DNA of 46,143 nucleotides from Adineta steineri (Eukaryota): positions 1-46,143 of the forward strand of contig CAJNOI010000031.1 in NCBI GenBank assembly GCA_905250115.1. The letters run 5' to 3'. Numbering within the stretch: the first letter of the stretch is position 1; each line of letters opens with the position of its first letter. Positions 26,310 through 37,402 of the stretch are shown here, one piece after another. A program made the translations under genes and the position numbers. The notes under the pieces are model-generated. The model did no database searches. It worked only from the letters and a program-made list of their open reading frames with translations, and was not told the origin of the DNA.

Positions 26310-28214
26310 TTAGTGTTGGCATCGTCGTTTATATTTACATTGAAAAAAATAAAAATAAAAAAGTGTTACGAACACCATAATTAATACCATTATATACAGA
26401 GGAACTAAATCAAATAAAAAAAGTAAAATAAATAAATTAAATAAATATTTTCTTTTACTTGAATAATCTAATATTGCTATATCATCTTTCAGATCTTTTG
26501 AACAAGTCTCAATTAACATTTGATGTGCATTAAGCGGACGAGCAAATTTTGGAAAAATAACTACCATTAGTATTCCAATAATTTGACTAGAAAAAATTAT
26601 ATAATTGAAAATAATTCGAGTATAATATTTTGAGGGTCGGTGTGGGCGAGGGTGTCAGTATTCCCTTCATTCTTAACCCACACCCTTAAGAATTTATTTC
26701 TTTACCTGGACATAACACTAATTCCTGTTGCAGTTGCTTCTGGTATTGGATAAACACATTCAAGACTTAAATCCATTGATATAGGTGATAATGGTAATGA
26801 TACAAAACCAACAAAAGCAAATGCAAAATAAATAAAATATTTCCATACTTGATTGATAATAAACTATAGAAAAATGAAATAAAATATTTTATTTAATAAA
26901 ACATTCTTATACCAAGACAAGAAGAATATAAGCAATTGAACTTGTAGCATATAATATTTTTGAGATTTCCTCTAATTTCCCTGTTTTATCCGCGAAATAG
27001 CCAAATACCAATGAACCCAAACTTCCAGCACCAATAAACCATCCCAAACAAAAGCCAACTGTTACATTATCATAACCAAATGGACACATCATTTGTTGAA
27101 CTAATGTTGAAAGTGTATTAAAACATCCAATTGCAAGTCCACAACCAATAAATAGAACAACATAAGATTTCGATCGAAAAAGCTATAGATAAACATTATA
27201 ACAAATCATTTTTATTTTGTATTGTCTTACTCTCAGTAACGCTAGTGAAAATGGTTGTTGTACATAAACAACTGCTTGACATGATGGTGTAGGTGGTTGT
27301 GCAGATCGTATTCCAAGAGAAAGTAAAGCAGCTATTAGAGCAGGTATTACACTTAAATATAACTGAATGAAAAAAAAGGGAATAACAAGAATATATAAGA
27401 ATATAAAACAAACTAGTAATGGAATTTTGCTAATATTAGGTACAATTAATGGTGAAAGAATACTGCCAATGAGAATACCAAAAAAATTACCTAAACAAAA
27501 GCGAAATTTAAAAGATAATATTTTTTTTAAAAGTAAACATACTTCCAATAGCAATTGAATTTGCTAATGAACGTTGTTGTTCGGAAAACCAAACAAAACT
27601 AAATTTTGTTGGAATAAATAGAATGAAAGTTTGTGCTAAAGCACATATAAATTGTCCTAGAAATCATATTTTTATTTTATTTTTTTTAGAAGAGAAAAAA
27701 AGCTTTTACCAATCATAAGTATTGCAAATCTTCCACTATTACTAAATATTGGCAATATACTAAAACATCGAACAATACTTCCAACAGCATTCATCCAAGT
27801 ACCAATTAACATCTATGAAAATAATAAATTCATAAGAAAGATTTTTACAAATATATATTTTATAAATCTCACCCCATAACGAACACCAAGTTTATCTATT
27901 AACCAAGTTGATGGTAATGTAAATGGTATTGATACAATCATATACATTAAACTAAGCCAATTAATAGCATCATAACTGACTTTATAATATTCTGTACCCA
28001 AATTTGCAATAGGTGAAAAATTTATCCAAATCTAAGAATAAATATGAGATGAATTGATTTAGTTGTTTTTATTTACTAGTGCATTCGATATTTGAGCTAA
28101 ACAAACAACGAATAGATAGAACCATCGACGTTTATAAGTAATAAAAACATTTGGAGTTGAAAATTTAACTTCTTCATCATCATCAGCTTGACCTAGCTGC
28201 TGATAATCAGCCAT
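26310..28214 (-). CDS. FLVCR/SLC49-like MFS transporter, paralog B (multi-exon; gene span given)
   Basis: N-terminus MADYQQLGQADDDEEVKFSTPNVFITYKRRWFYLFVVCLAQISNA, then WIWINFSPIANLGTEYYKVSYDAINWLSLMYMIVSIPFTLPSTWLIDKLGVRYGV. Internal exons encode MMCPFGYDNVTVGFCLGWFIGAGSLGSLVFGYFADKTGKLEEISKILYATSSIAYILLVLV and ...LIVPNISKIPLLVCFIF.... The C-terminus is ...FDLVPLYIMVLIMVFVTLFYFYFFQCKYKRRCQH(stop at 26310). It is the same family and orientation as paralog A and is colinear with it (compare MCPFGYDNIAVG.. and KTRKLEEVTKILY). Confidence 0.7.
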
Positions 28215-28627
28215 CTGAAAACAAAGAGTTCTTTTTCGAACATTAAAAAAATTGAATCTATCACAAGGATGCAGTGAAATATAGATATTCATAACTTTCA
28301 ATCAACAATACGAGACATTAGCCTACTCAAAACTATGTAATCAAGATACTGAATATAAATAGTTCAACTTAACTGAAACAAATATAAGACAAAGAAAGCC
28401 AATTTTTCACAATACTCTTATTTACATTTTGCCTGAATGTTTTCTGTACTAAAATTAACTATTTATCGAATTCAATACACATTATATATTTATTATTTCT
28501 CGTAATATCTAGAGTGTTGACTAAATATATAATTACGAAAAAGATAAATCATATAAATGTGCATGAGGCATTTTATCTATAAAAATATTTTAAAAATAAA
28601 AACAAATGAAAGATTTATTAAGTTCTT

Positions 28628-29307
28628 TTAATAATGTTCTTCAATTGGATTTCCTTCATCAATAAGACCATGTTCAAGCATAGCTTTTTGTCGAAGTTTT
28701 TCAATACGTTGTTTTTTTTCCAGATCTTGTTTTTGCAGTTTAAGAATTTCCTCAATTGTTACTTCATAAAGTGGAATACGTAACGGCTTACGAAAATCTA
28801 ATTCACCAATAAGTAAAACGTTTTCACCACGAATAACAAATAAACCACGAGGAATATCAGCATATTGTTGACCAACACAAATACGTTCAAATGCTTGATG
28901 AAGAACAAGATTTCCTTTTAAACAAAAAATTCAAAATAATAAACTATGATTCATTCAATGTAAATATTTAACTAAAATTTTCAATTACAATACGATCATT
29001 CTTTCTTTTTGTCATTTTACAGGTTTGCTCGTTAAATACATATCTAATCTTTTTTCTTTTCAGTTGAATTGAGAAATAAGATGTAATTCATTTATTTATA
29101 ATACATACCGAATTGATCAAGACTTCTTAAAAAAGCAATAAGTGTTCGACCATCACGTAGTATAATCATTAATTGTTCTAAACAAATATAAATCAAAGAA
29201 ATAGGTTAGATATTATATTGTACAGTTAATTTCTTACTGTCAATGTCATCAACTAATGTTGCTATACCAGATAAATAAAAATCATCGTCGACCATACTCA
29301 AATTCAT
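28628..29307 (-). CDS. LSM1: U6 snRNA-associated Sm-like protein LSm1. Exons 29238..29307, 29109..29177, 28628..28914
   Basis: Spliced 141-aa product: MNLSMVDDDFYLSGIATLVDDIDKQLMIILRDGRTLIAFLRSLDQFGNLVLHQAFERICVGQQYADIPRGLFVIRGENVLLIGELDFRKPLRIPLYEVTIEEILKLQKQDLEKKQRIEKLRQKAMLEHGLIDEGNPIEEHY. This matches LSm1 (LPGTASLIEDIDKKHLVLLRDGRTLIGFLRSIDQFANLVLHQTVERIHVGKKYGDIPRGIFVVRGENVVLLGEIDLEKE). All junctions are GT-AG with consistent phases. Confidence 0.92.
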
Positions 29308-29635
29308 TATTGCTTTATTAATTTATAAAAAATCGAAAATCTAGAATAAAATATTATACAATGATTTTTTTTTGTTCTTGTTCAATGCACATAGATAAAC
29401 ATTTCATTTTATTCGACCCACTTTTTGTTTTACTTCGCCTCATCTTTTATGTATGCATTTGAAAGATTTCCTTCTCTCTTCTATATACATATACATCATT
29501 ATTCAATCACGTATATAACCTACTTCAACAGTATCAATTAGGTTAAATATAAAGCGCAAAAAAGTAGACAGTCGCTCTGTCTTCTTCGTTTTTTTTTCTT
29601 CTTCTTCTTTTTTTGTGTTATGTGTAGGCGACAGA

Positions 29636-29650
29636 TGTATATAAAAAAAA
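29636..29650 (+). promoter_or_regulatory. Candidate TATA element in the about 400-bp divergent intergenic region between LSm1 (minus) and the MGNS-protein gene (plus)
   Basis: gatgtatataaaaaaaaggt lies about 65-75 nt upstream of the ATG at 29714. TATA-like strings are common in AT-rich DNA, so this is weak. Confidence 0.2.
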
Positions 29651-29713
29651 GGTAAAACAACGTTAAAGTGATACTATTATAGATTTAAATCAACACATAA
29701 GAATCTTATTATC

Positions 29714-30750
29714 ATGGGCAATTCAAGAAGTAATTATGAACGACATGAAGATGATGAACAACAACAACGAATTGTTATTGGAAAAGAATTTCGTCTTGTT
29801 CTTGGACAACTTAATCTATCATCGGATTTAGTAAAACGAAAAAAAATTCTCTTAAATAATAAACAACAACGTCGTGGAGAAATTTCATCATCATCATCAA
29901 ACTCAACAATAACATCATTATCTTCGTCCGATCATTCTCATACATCTGTTTCTTTAATTCAACTCGATATACCAACTTCTCCATCCGATTCTAATGAACT
30001 CGATATTCATGCACTTATGCAATATCTATCAAATCAAGAAGTCGATGGTAAAGAACTTTCACATATGTTTAAAATTCCATTCAATACAACTAATAACAAA
30101 TCTCGAGCAAAAACATTACCAACACTTAAAATAGCTGCTGTTTATTACGATCAACCTTGTGCAACTAATGAATTGAATATTGAACTAATTTCATTACAAC
30201 ATGAAAATAAACTTGAACAAAATTTACAAAAATTTTATGAGAAAAATATCTTATCTATTTATACATCAAGTATTTTTTTTTCTTATATCATATATTTTAT
30301 TCAATCTATTTTTTGCGATTTAATTTAGAATCAACAGCCTATGTAATTTATACGAAAAATTTATCTTTACATAATAACTATAAACTCATTTGTTCGGTAA
30401 CAATGTCAAAAACAACACTTGAAAATTTTGAATGGCTTCATCCATTTATTGACTACTCAAATTTAGGTTATCGTTTATGTGGAATAATTCCGTTTATTAA
30501 TTCTTCAACAGAAAATTCATTTACGATTTATTGGTTATTCGAACAAATCGAAACAAATGAAAGTATTCAATATGATTATTCAATAATTGAATATCAATTA
30601 AAATCATCTTCATTTACTAATTGTCTATCATTACTTAATTTAATGTCAAAACATGAATGGAAATTAGTAGCAACATTTGATTATAATCAAAAGAAAAAAA
30701 ATGGCGAACAAACATATTTTTTACTTTTTTTTCAAAGATTAAAAAATTAA
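29714..30750 (+). CDS. N-myristoylation-motif (MGNS...) protein of unknown function, about 325 aa. Exons 29714..30269 and 30329..30750
   Basis: ORF MGNSRSNYERHEDDEQQQRIVIGKEFRLVLGQLN...Ser-rich linker...NILSIYTS ends at the donor A|GTATTT. The acceptor TTAATTTAG rejoins the frame: KSTAYVIYTKNLSLHNNYKLICSVTMSKTTLENFEWLHPFIDYSNLGYRLCGIIPF...FDYNQKKKNGEQTYFLLFFQRLKN(stop). A Gly at position 2 followed by N/S fits an N-myristoylation consensus. I recognised no clear family. Confidence 0.55.
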
Positions 30751-30872
30751 GCTTGACTAATATTTTATTATTACTATGGAATGTTATACTTATCAATAAA
30801 AGAAAATAATATTAATATGGATTAGTTATCTAAAAAAATCGAATGAGCTAGATGTTCTTTTCCTTTTTCTTT

Positions 30873-33402
30873 TTAATATCGACTAATATCTCGTCCAAAT
30901 ATGTGTGTACGAACCCAATCAAATGCAAGTAAAGTTTTTGTTCGGCCAGTAAACATTTCTGTAAAATAAAATGATTTCCATAAATAAGCAGCACTACGAC
31001 CTGATAATGGTTGTAAATTAAATAAATCAAAAACTGGTTTTGAACCAGTAAAATCAAGTACTGCTGAATCACCGCCAACGTATGCTAATGCACCCATATG
31101 TTTATATTGAAATGGTTTTAAATTTTGTTGTTTAAAATCAGTTGATTGAATATCAGTTACTTGATTAAGTAAATGAGCGACATAACGACCTTCTTGAGAT
31201 GCAACTTGAGCTGTTGCTGGTAATGCACGAATTTTTTGATCAGCTTTTTCCAAAATAGCACGAAGTGCAGTTAAAGTGACATAACCAGATTTTTCTTTAT
31301 CAGCTTCTGCAAAAGCTTTTTCAATACTCTTCGAAAATATTTCAAGCTAGAAAGAAAGATGTCAAAAAAATATTGCTAACAGTTTATGTTAATATAAGCT
31401 TCTTTTCAAATAAAGCACCCAGAGAAGACATACTGTATATAGTACCTATGTGTACTTGTATAACTCTGATATGAATTAATATCGAAAAAATATATATATT
31501 TGAATACCTGTGGAAATTCTGTGACTTTCTTTTCAACTAATGTTTGAAATTGATTGAGATCAAGTGAACCTCGATGTTGTGTATCTGCTTCTTCGAATAA
31601 TAATTGAATTTGATCAACTAATTTTGGTTGTGCAATTGTAGCACAATCACCAAGAGCAAAGATTGAACCATCTTCAACACCTTTCACACGTAAATATCGA
31701 TCAGTTAAGAGACCCATTCGATTGGTTTGAATAGTTGAACCAATTATTTCTCGAATTCGATTTGTTAATGGTCGTGCTTTAATACCCGTTGCCCAAACAA
31801 CAACTGAACATGGAATAGATATACGTTCTTCGGAACCTTTTAATTGAATAATAACTTCTCGTTGTTTAACTTCTTTAACAAACGTATTCATTAATACATC
31901 AATATTTTCACGACGAAAATGTCTTTCTGTATAATCACTAATTTTTTTATCCTGAAAATAAAAATAATATAAATGATTTTTCAAATAATAAAACGATGAC
32001 AAACCATCATAGATAACACATGGTCAAGAGCTTCGATTAATGTTATTTTTACATCGCTAGAAACAAGACGTGGAAAATAATGTTGAAGATCTTCGCGAAC
32101 TAAATCAGCAAGCTAAAAATATATACATAGAAGATTTTCATTTCAATATAAACGATCTCTTTGAGTCTCTCTAAACTCCTTCGACTCTATTACACTACAA
32201 ACATACTTCTGCAGCAAATTCTACACCTGTTGGTCCACCTCCAACAACAACAAAATGTAAAAGACGTTTTCTTTCTGCTATTGTTTGTGTTGGTGTCATA
32301 GCTGATTCAAATGCATCACTAATTGCTGAACGAATACGTCGAGCATCAAGAAGTTCTTTAAGAAAATGTGCATGTTCTTCAACACCTGGAGTATTAAATG
32401 TATTATTTTCTGATCCAACAGCAACAACAAGTATATCATATTTCATATCGAATTGTGGTCGTGTTCGAGCTAAATTAGAATTAAAATTTTCTAAAAACAA
32501 GGTTTGTTTTTTTTCAAATTTACCTGAATCTTTAATAATTCTTGATGAAGCACCACTTTCACGCGATGGTGGTGCAACTATTGTTTTAACATCATCACCA
32601 CGTGATACATTTTGTTCTCCATTGTTATTACATGTAATAGTTTTGGCTTTTGGATCGACATTAATACAAGTTGCTTCAACAAATTTAACACGTGGTCCAA
32701 CAAGTGAACGAATAGATTCGATTACAGTACGAGTTTCAACTGTACCGACACTAACAGATGGTAGTAATGGTGTCATTAAAAAATAATTACGTGGTGATAC
32801 ACAAATAACTTCATATTTTTGAGTATCAAGATGTTTTAAAAGTGGTACAGCACCCCAACCTAAAGATCAAAAAATTATTCTAATAAATACCAAACAATTG
32901 AATTAATATATATATAACCTGTTCCAAGAACAACTATACGTGGTTTAGTACCAATTGTTTTATCCGAATCACTCATTTCACTATACCATTTATAACGACG
33001 ATAACCACGATAACTATAAAATGTACCAACACCAACAACAGTAATAATTAAAAGATTTTTTAAACGTCGCTTTAATTTTCCACCTAAAATAAATTGAATA
33101 TATTTTCAAAAAGTGCCCTCTAAGTGCATTCTATATTATTTTTATAAAAATGTTAGAAAATGAACTTTGTACCCTACATTCAATAGTCATATATTTTTAA
33201 ATTTTTTTCCCCTTAAAATAGAAATATTCAAAAAAAATTTAGTTTTTAACATACCAAAAGTTTGCTTGGCTGATTGTCCAGAAAACCAAGCAAGATTTCG
33301 AGTAAGAATTGGTTTTATTTCATTTAATTGTTTAAATGAGATATTTCGATGTGCATTTATTGTTGTTAATTGTTGAAGAAGAAGAGTTGAACGAGAAAAC
33401 AT
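30873..33402 (-). CDS. Type-II alternative NADH:ubiquinone oxidoreductase (NDH-2, NDI1/NDE-like), with a mitochondrial presequence and a C-terminal degenerate EF-hand-like segment. About 6 exons; gene span given
   Basis: Exon 1 MFSRSTLLLQQLTTINAHRNISFKQLNEIKPILTRNLAWFSGQSAKQTFG is presequence-like. The following exons encode ...GGKLKRRLKNLLIITVVGVGTFYSYRGYRRYKWYSEMSDSDKTIGTKPRIVVLGTG-WGAVPLLKHLDTQKYEVICVSPRNYFLMTPLLPSVSVGTVE...HFVVVGGGPTGVEFAAE (two Rossmann GxGxxG motifs), then LADLVREDLQHYFPRLVSSDVKITLIEALDHVLSMM-DKKISDYTERHF...VVWATGIKARPLT...GSIFALGDCATI. This matches yeast NDI1 (ELQDYLPELVDEVRITLVEALPNILPMF..Y..SHF...VLVWATGN...GSIFAIGDCT). The last exon has FAEADKEKSGYVTLTALRAIL...GRDISRY(stop at 30873). 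Confidence 0.85.
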
Positions 33403-34646
33403 ATTGATATGTAAATAAGAATAATTCCTGATTTGATTAAATGAGACTCATTATGTTATAAAAATAGAAAGATAGATAGATAAAAAACATAATAGTTCAT
33501 AGTTTCTATTCGTCAATTTTACCTCAATGAAAATAATAATTTCACTGCCATCTTTCGAAATATTTAATATAAAAATATAAATGGTCAATTAAATGGATTA
33601 GGCCGATTCACTTTCAGTTGGTTGATCTATTTTATACTTTGACTATTTTTTTGCCGTGCCAAAATTTGGTCAAATTGTTTAAAGAAAGTGGATGTGTAGA
33701 AATGATCGTGGTCGAATCTACCCGCTAGAATATGTTACTTAATGATGACCCAGAAATATTTGATAAAATGTGAAATATCAATAATCCTATGCCTTTCTTG
33801 GACTGAAAATAACAATTCTAGTCAATTCTGTATATAAAAAAAAAAGGAAGATAAATAAAATTTATTTTTAATTTAATAATAGAAATTTTATAGATAATAA
33901 ATATTATCTATATTTTAAGTGTTCGAATATTTATAGTGGATTGATATAACTTATGATTTACTTGATAGAATCTATTTTTTATATAGATTAGAATACATAT
34001 GAAAATTTTTTATTTGAGAACATATTCTAGTTGTTATAAAATTTTATGTATTACATAAGCATCAGCTAACAACCTTGATTTATTATTACATAAGATGCTT
34101 TTTGTCATAAGAGACTATCTAAAATAGATCATATAAAGTACAAAATGATTCAAAATAGTATTGTTTATATGAAATTTCTAGTCCAATCGAATAATGACTG
34201 TGCAATGTATCAGTACTGATGTTCGAATCTACCTTCGAGACTAGAGTCAGGGATGTCTCTTTCAGTGGCACATAACTGTTCATGCTCTCGATATATTAAA
34301 TATTCTCAACAATTTGTATCCATACATTCGAAGATTTATATTCTTCAAATGATTTGCTACGAGTTGTTGAACATTTTGATATATTTTATCACTCGAAATC
34401 TATGCAGAAGAACTTAATTTTTTTACACAGCAATATCAATGTCTATTGATACAATATCATACACAGTCAGTTCTTTAAACAAGATTTTATTGCATAAATT
34501 ATAATTTAAAGCACAAGTAATCTATTTATTAATAAGAAATGAAATTTACTAATTTTTTTCTTGGCTAATGACTCGAAATTCCTATTTGTTTGATGTTCAG
34601 CATATAAACATAAATCAGTTTATTTTCCCTCTAAAAATATAAGAAA

Positions 34647-37286
34647 ATGTTTTTCACGATATCAAATGGCGCTTATTTTATCATTGTTATTTGTCATTTG
34701 GAATTTTTTGTTTCGACGATGTTTTTATTTTATCTAATATTTTTGTTATTTTTAAAACAAACTGATGCAAGAAACATTACTGTAATAAGACTTGAAGAAC
34801 TAGCTCCATTAAGTACTAACAATGAGTTGGAAACAATTGCTGCTCAATTCAATCAAAATCCTAATTGGGAATTAGGAAATATGCCTTTGACATTAACTGA
34901 AGAAGAAGAAATTACACCAAATGATCCAGATGCTCCAGAAATATCAAATAAACCTGGTTTAATTAAAACTGGTCATCTTTTTCAACCTGAAGACATGCAT
35001 CCATATAGAATCGATAGAAAAGGCGTTCATCCTCATACTGAACATCATATATTTTTCGTTCGACATGGTGTGACATAAATATAGACATATACATATATAT
35101 TATTAAATTTCTTTTTTAAGGTTTATATTATTATACTGAAGTTGATTCATCTTCACATTTGCTTCGTTATGGAAAATATCAAGCTCGAATGGCAGGTGAT
35201 AAAATTAATGAAATAATTCATAATATATTATCAAGATCCGGACCATTAACGAGACCGATAAAATTAGTATCAAGTACACAAACACGTGCATATGAAACTC
35301 TTTATAATATTCGTTTACAACTTAGTAATAATTTTGAATATGCACCAGAAATTATACAAGATACTGGTCTTACTGAATGCGTGTATGATTATTTTTTCTT
35401 CTAATTGATTTTCAATATATATATATATAAATAAATTATTTATCTTTGATTTTTAGTGATACCAATAGACAACGTTTTCGTTGGCTCTATTTTGTTCGTG
35501 AATATTTACAACCGATTAAATCAAATAAACGTGAACATACAATAACGATTATAGCTAGTCATGGAAATCTTTTAACAACTTTTGATTATATCATTAGTCA
35601 TTTTCTTAGTCAAAATATACCTATGGAAGCTTTTGCTACTTTTCGACTTCCTTTAGGAACAGGAATGAAGCATGCTGAAGTATCATTATATCGTACTATT
35701 GGAGCTGAACGTGTTCATTTTCGAGAGTCTTATAGTATGATTCAAATTCCAATAACAGTTAATCATGCTCATTTAAAAAGAGATTTTTATTATGAATGGG
35801 CTTCTGTACATAAATGTCGAGTAAGTAAAAATTAAACTAATAAAGATAATATCACCTTATGTTTTTCTATTTTAAGTCACAGTATGGTCGAGAAAATATG
35901 AAAAATTATATTCGAGCAGGTATATTAGATAATGTATTTGGTGGAGGTCCTTTTTCTAATAAAATGAAAGATTACGACAGTATTGTTTATTGGGAAATGT
36001 TACAAGAATATGATACACATATATTACCGATGTTAATGCATACTTGTCGTACTTATCTTTATCGTTTACCATTTATTCAAGCAAATACAGATTTTGGTTC
36101 ATTCCATCGTTCAATGTCACCAGTACCAATTCCAGAAACTGAACAAGAACAACGTTCACCATTACAGAAACCAATGGATCGTTTTAATGCTTATAGTATG
36201 CCATTTTTTGTAGACAATGCTATTCAAAAATTTCGAAAAAATCCTGCTCTATATCGAGAACAAATACCACCTGGTGTTGTTCATCCACAATCACGTATAC
36301 TTTTATTTCTAGTTCGACATGATAAGTAGATATTAATTAATTAATTAAATGAAAAAAATATTTCTCTTCTATATTCTACGTATTAATGTCAATACAGGTG
36401 ATGATAGTACATCATATTTAACTCGTCTTGGTATTAATCAAATACGTGGTGTAGTTGATCAAATACATCGTACTATTCATGATTATATGCATAGATTACA
36501 AGCAAATGTTCGTATATTACCGATAAATATAGTAGCTGAACCATCAATTCCATCAGCTGAATCATGTTTTCATGTACGAAATCTTCTATTAAGTGTTGAT
36601 TATTCAGTATCTGAACAAATTACAGATCTTGGTATTCAATTTAATTATTTTCATAAAAGTATAGATCTATTAGAAATTAGTGCATTGATTTAATACATAT
36701 ATTTATGAAAGGATCTCCAAAAGAATTTATGGATTTTCAACGTGTACAAGTTCTTTATTTATTACGTCGTTATCTTGGACCTGATCAAAATGATTCTTCA
36801 CGACCATCATTTCAAGTTCATATTTTATGTGGTGATGGTCGATTATTTTCAGCATTTCGTCAAGAATTAGTCATAGCTAAAATACCTGTTGAACCAGTTC
36901 CAAGATTTGCATCAATATCTGATCCTGGATATAATGCATTAAAACATGCGAATGCATTTTTTTTCGAAGCTATCGATCGTGATGTATTAAGACTTCATGA
37001 AACTATAACTTTAACAGGAGCAAGACAGATTTCAGAAGAGCAAAGAATGGTTACAGATCATTCACTTCTATTACCATCACGTGAATTAAAAAATTGGTTA
37101 CGAAGTTCATCTGGTCCCTGTACATTATCTTATTTTGTTGATAATACCGAACAATTAGTTCAATCAATAGCAAATACAGCTTCTGTTTATCATCAACAAC
37201 TTGCTTTTCTACTTAAAAGAGAATGGCATCCATATCTTGCTGGTATTTCAAACATGTTTTTGCATATTTTCTTCATTGAATTATAA
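34647..37286 (+). CDS. Histidine-phosphatase (phosphoglycerate-mutase-family, RHG-motif) protein with two tandem PGAM-like domains and an N-terminal hydrophobic anchor. Proposed exons 34647..35067, 35121..35382, 35457..35820, 35877..36321, 36398..36658, 36712..37286
   Basis: Domain 1: ...HTEHHIFFVRHG|LYYYTEVDSSSHLLRYGKYQARMAGDKINEI (RHG catalytic His plus the substrate-binding Arg pattern) and ...HTITIIASHGNLLTTFDYIISHFL (second conserved His). Domain 2: ...SRILLFLVRH|GDDSTSYLTRLGINQIRG (RHG restored only if intron 36322..36397 is removed). The phases of all six exons close (2328 nt, 775 aa) provided the fourth intron uses an AT..AG boundary (cat g|ataagtag ... caatacag|gtgatgat). Without that intron the reading frame stops at RHDK (36329). 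Confidence 0.6.
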
Positions 37287-37375
37287 CGAAAATATATTTA
37301 GGATTATTCATTTATGCATGTCGTCTTCATCTTACACTATCAGACACTACTAATATACAAGAAATACAACCAGCG

Positions 37376-37402
37376 GCAGCGGCGGCGGCGGCAGCAGCAG
37401 CT
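37376..37402. repeat. (GCN)n trinucleotide repeat (poly-Ala coding in one frame)
   Basis: gcggcagcggcggcggcggcagcagcagc sits in an otherwise AT-rich region, about 90 nt downstream of the PGAM-like gene stop. It is followed at 37503..37530 by an (ATTT)n microsatellite and at about 37939..37966 by a (TA)n run. Confidence 0.6.

Noticed and set aside
27196-27558. ORFs 27196..27411 (minus) and 27367..27558 (plus)
   Set aside because: They are alternative-frame or antisense ORFs within exons and introns of MFS paralog B.
33700-34250. Shared 11-mer tcgaatctacc at about 33711 and about 34222 that resembles a tRNA T-loop (GGTTCGAATCC)
   Set aside because: The flanking sequences do not form T-stems or acceptor stems and there is no cloverleaf. 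This is most likely chance or a highly degraded tRNA-derived repeat. It was not called.
36349-36396. Alternative interpretation that MKKIFLFYILRINVNT is the start of a separate downstream gene
   Set aside because: The upstream ORF ends exactly at LLFLVRH and the downstream one begins GDDSTSYLTRLG. Together they reconstitute one RHG phosphatase motif. A split single gene with an intron is more parsimonious than two genes. The hydrophobic MKKIFLFYIL is typical translated AT-rich intron sequence.
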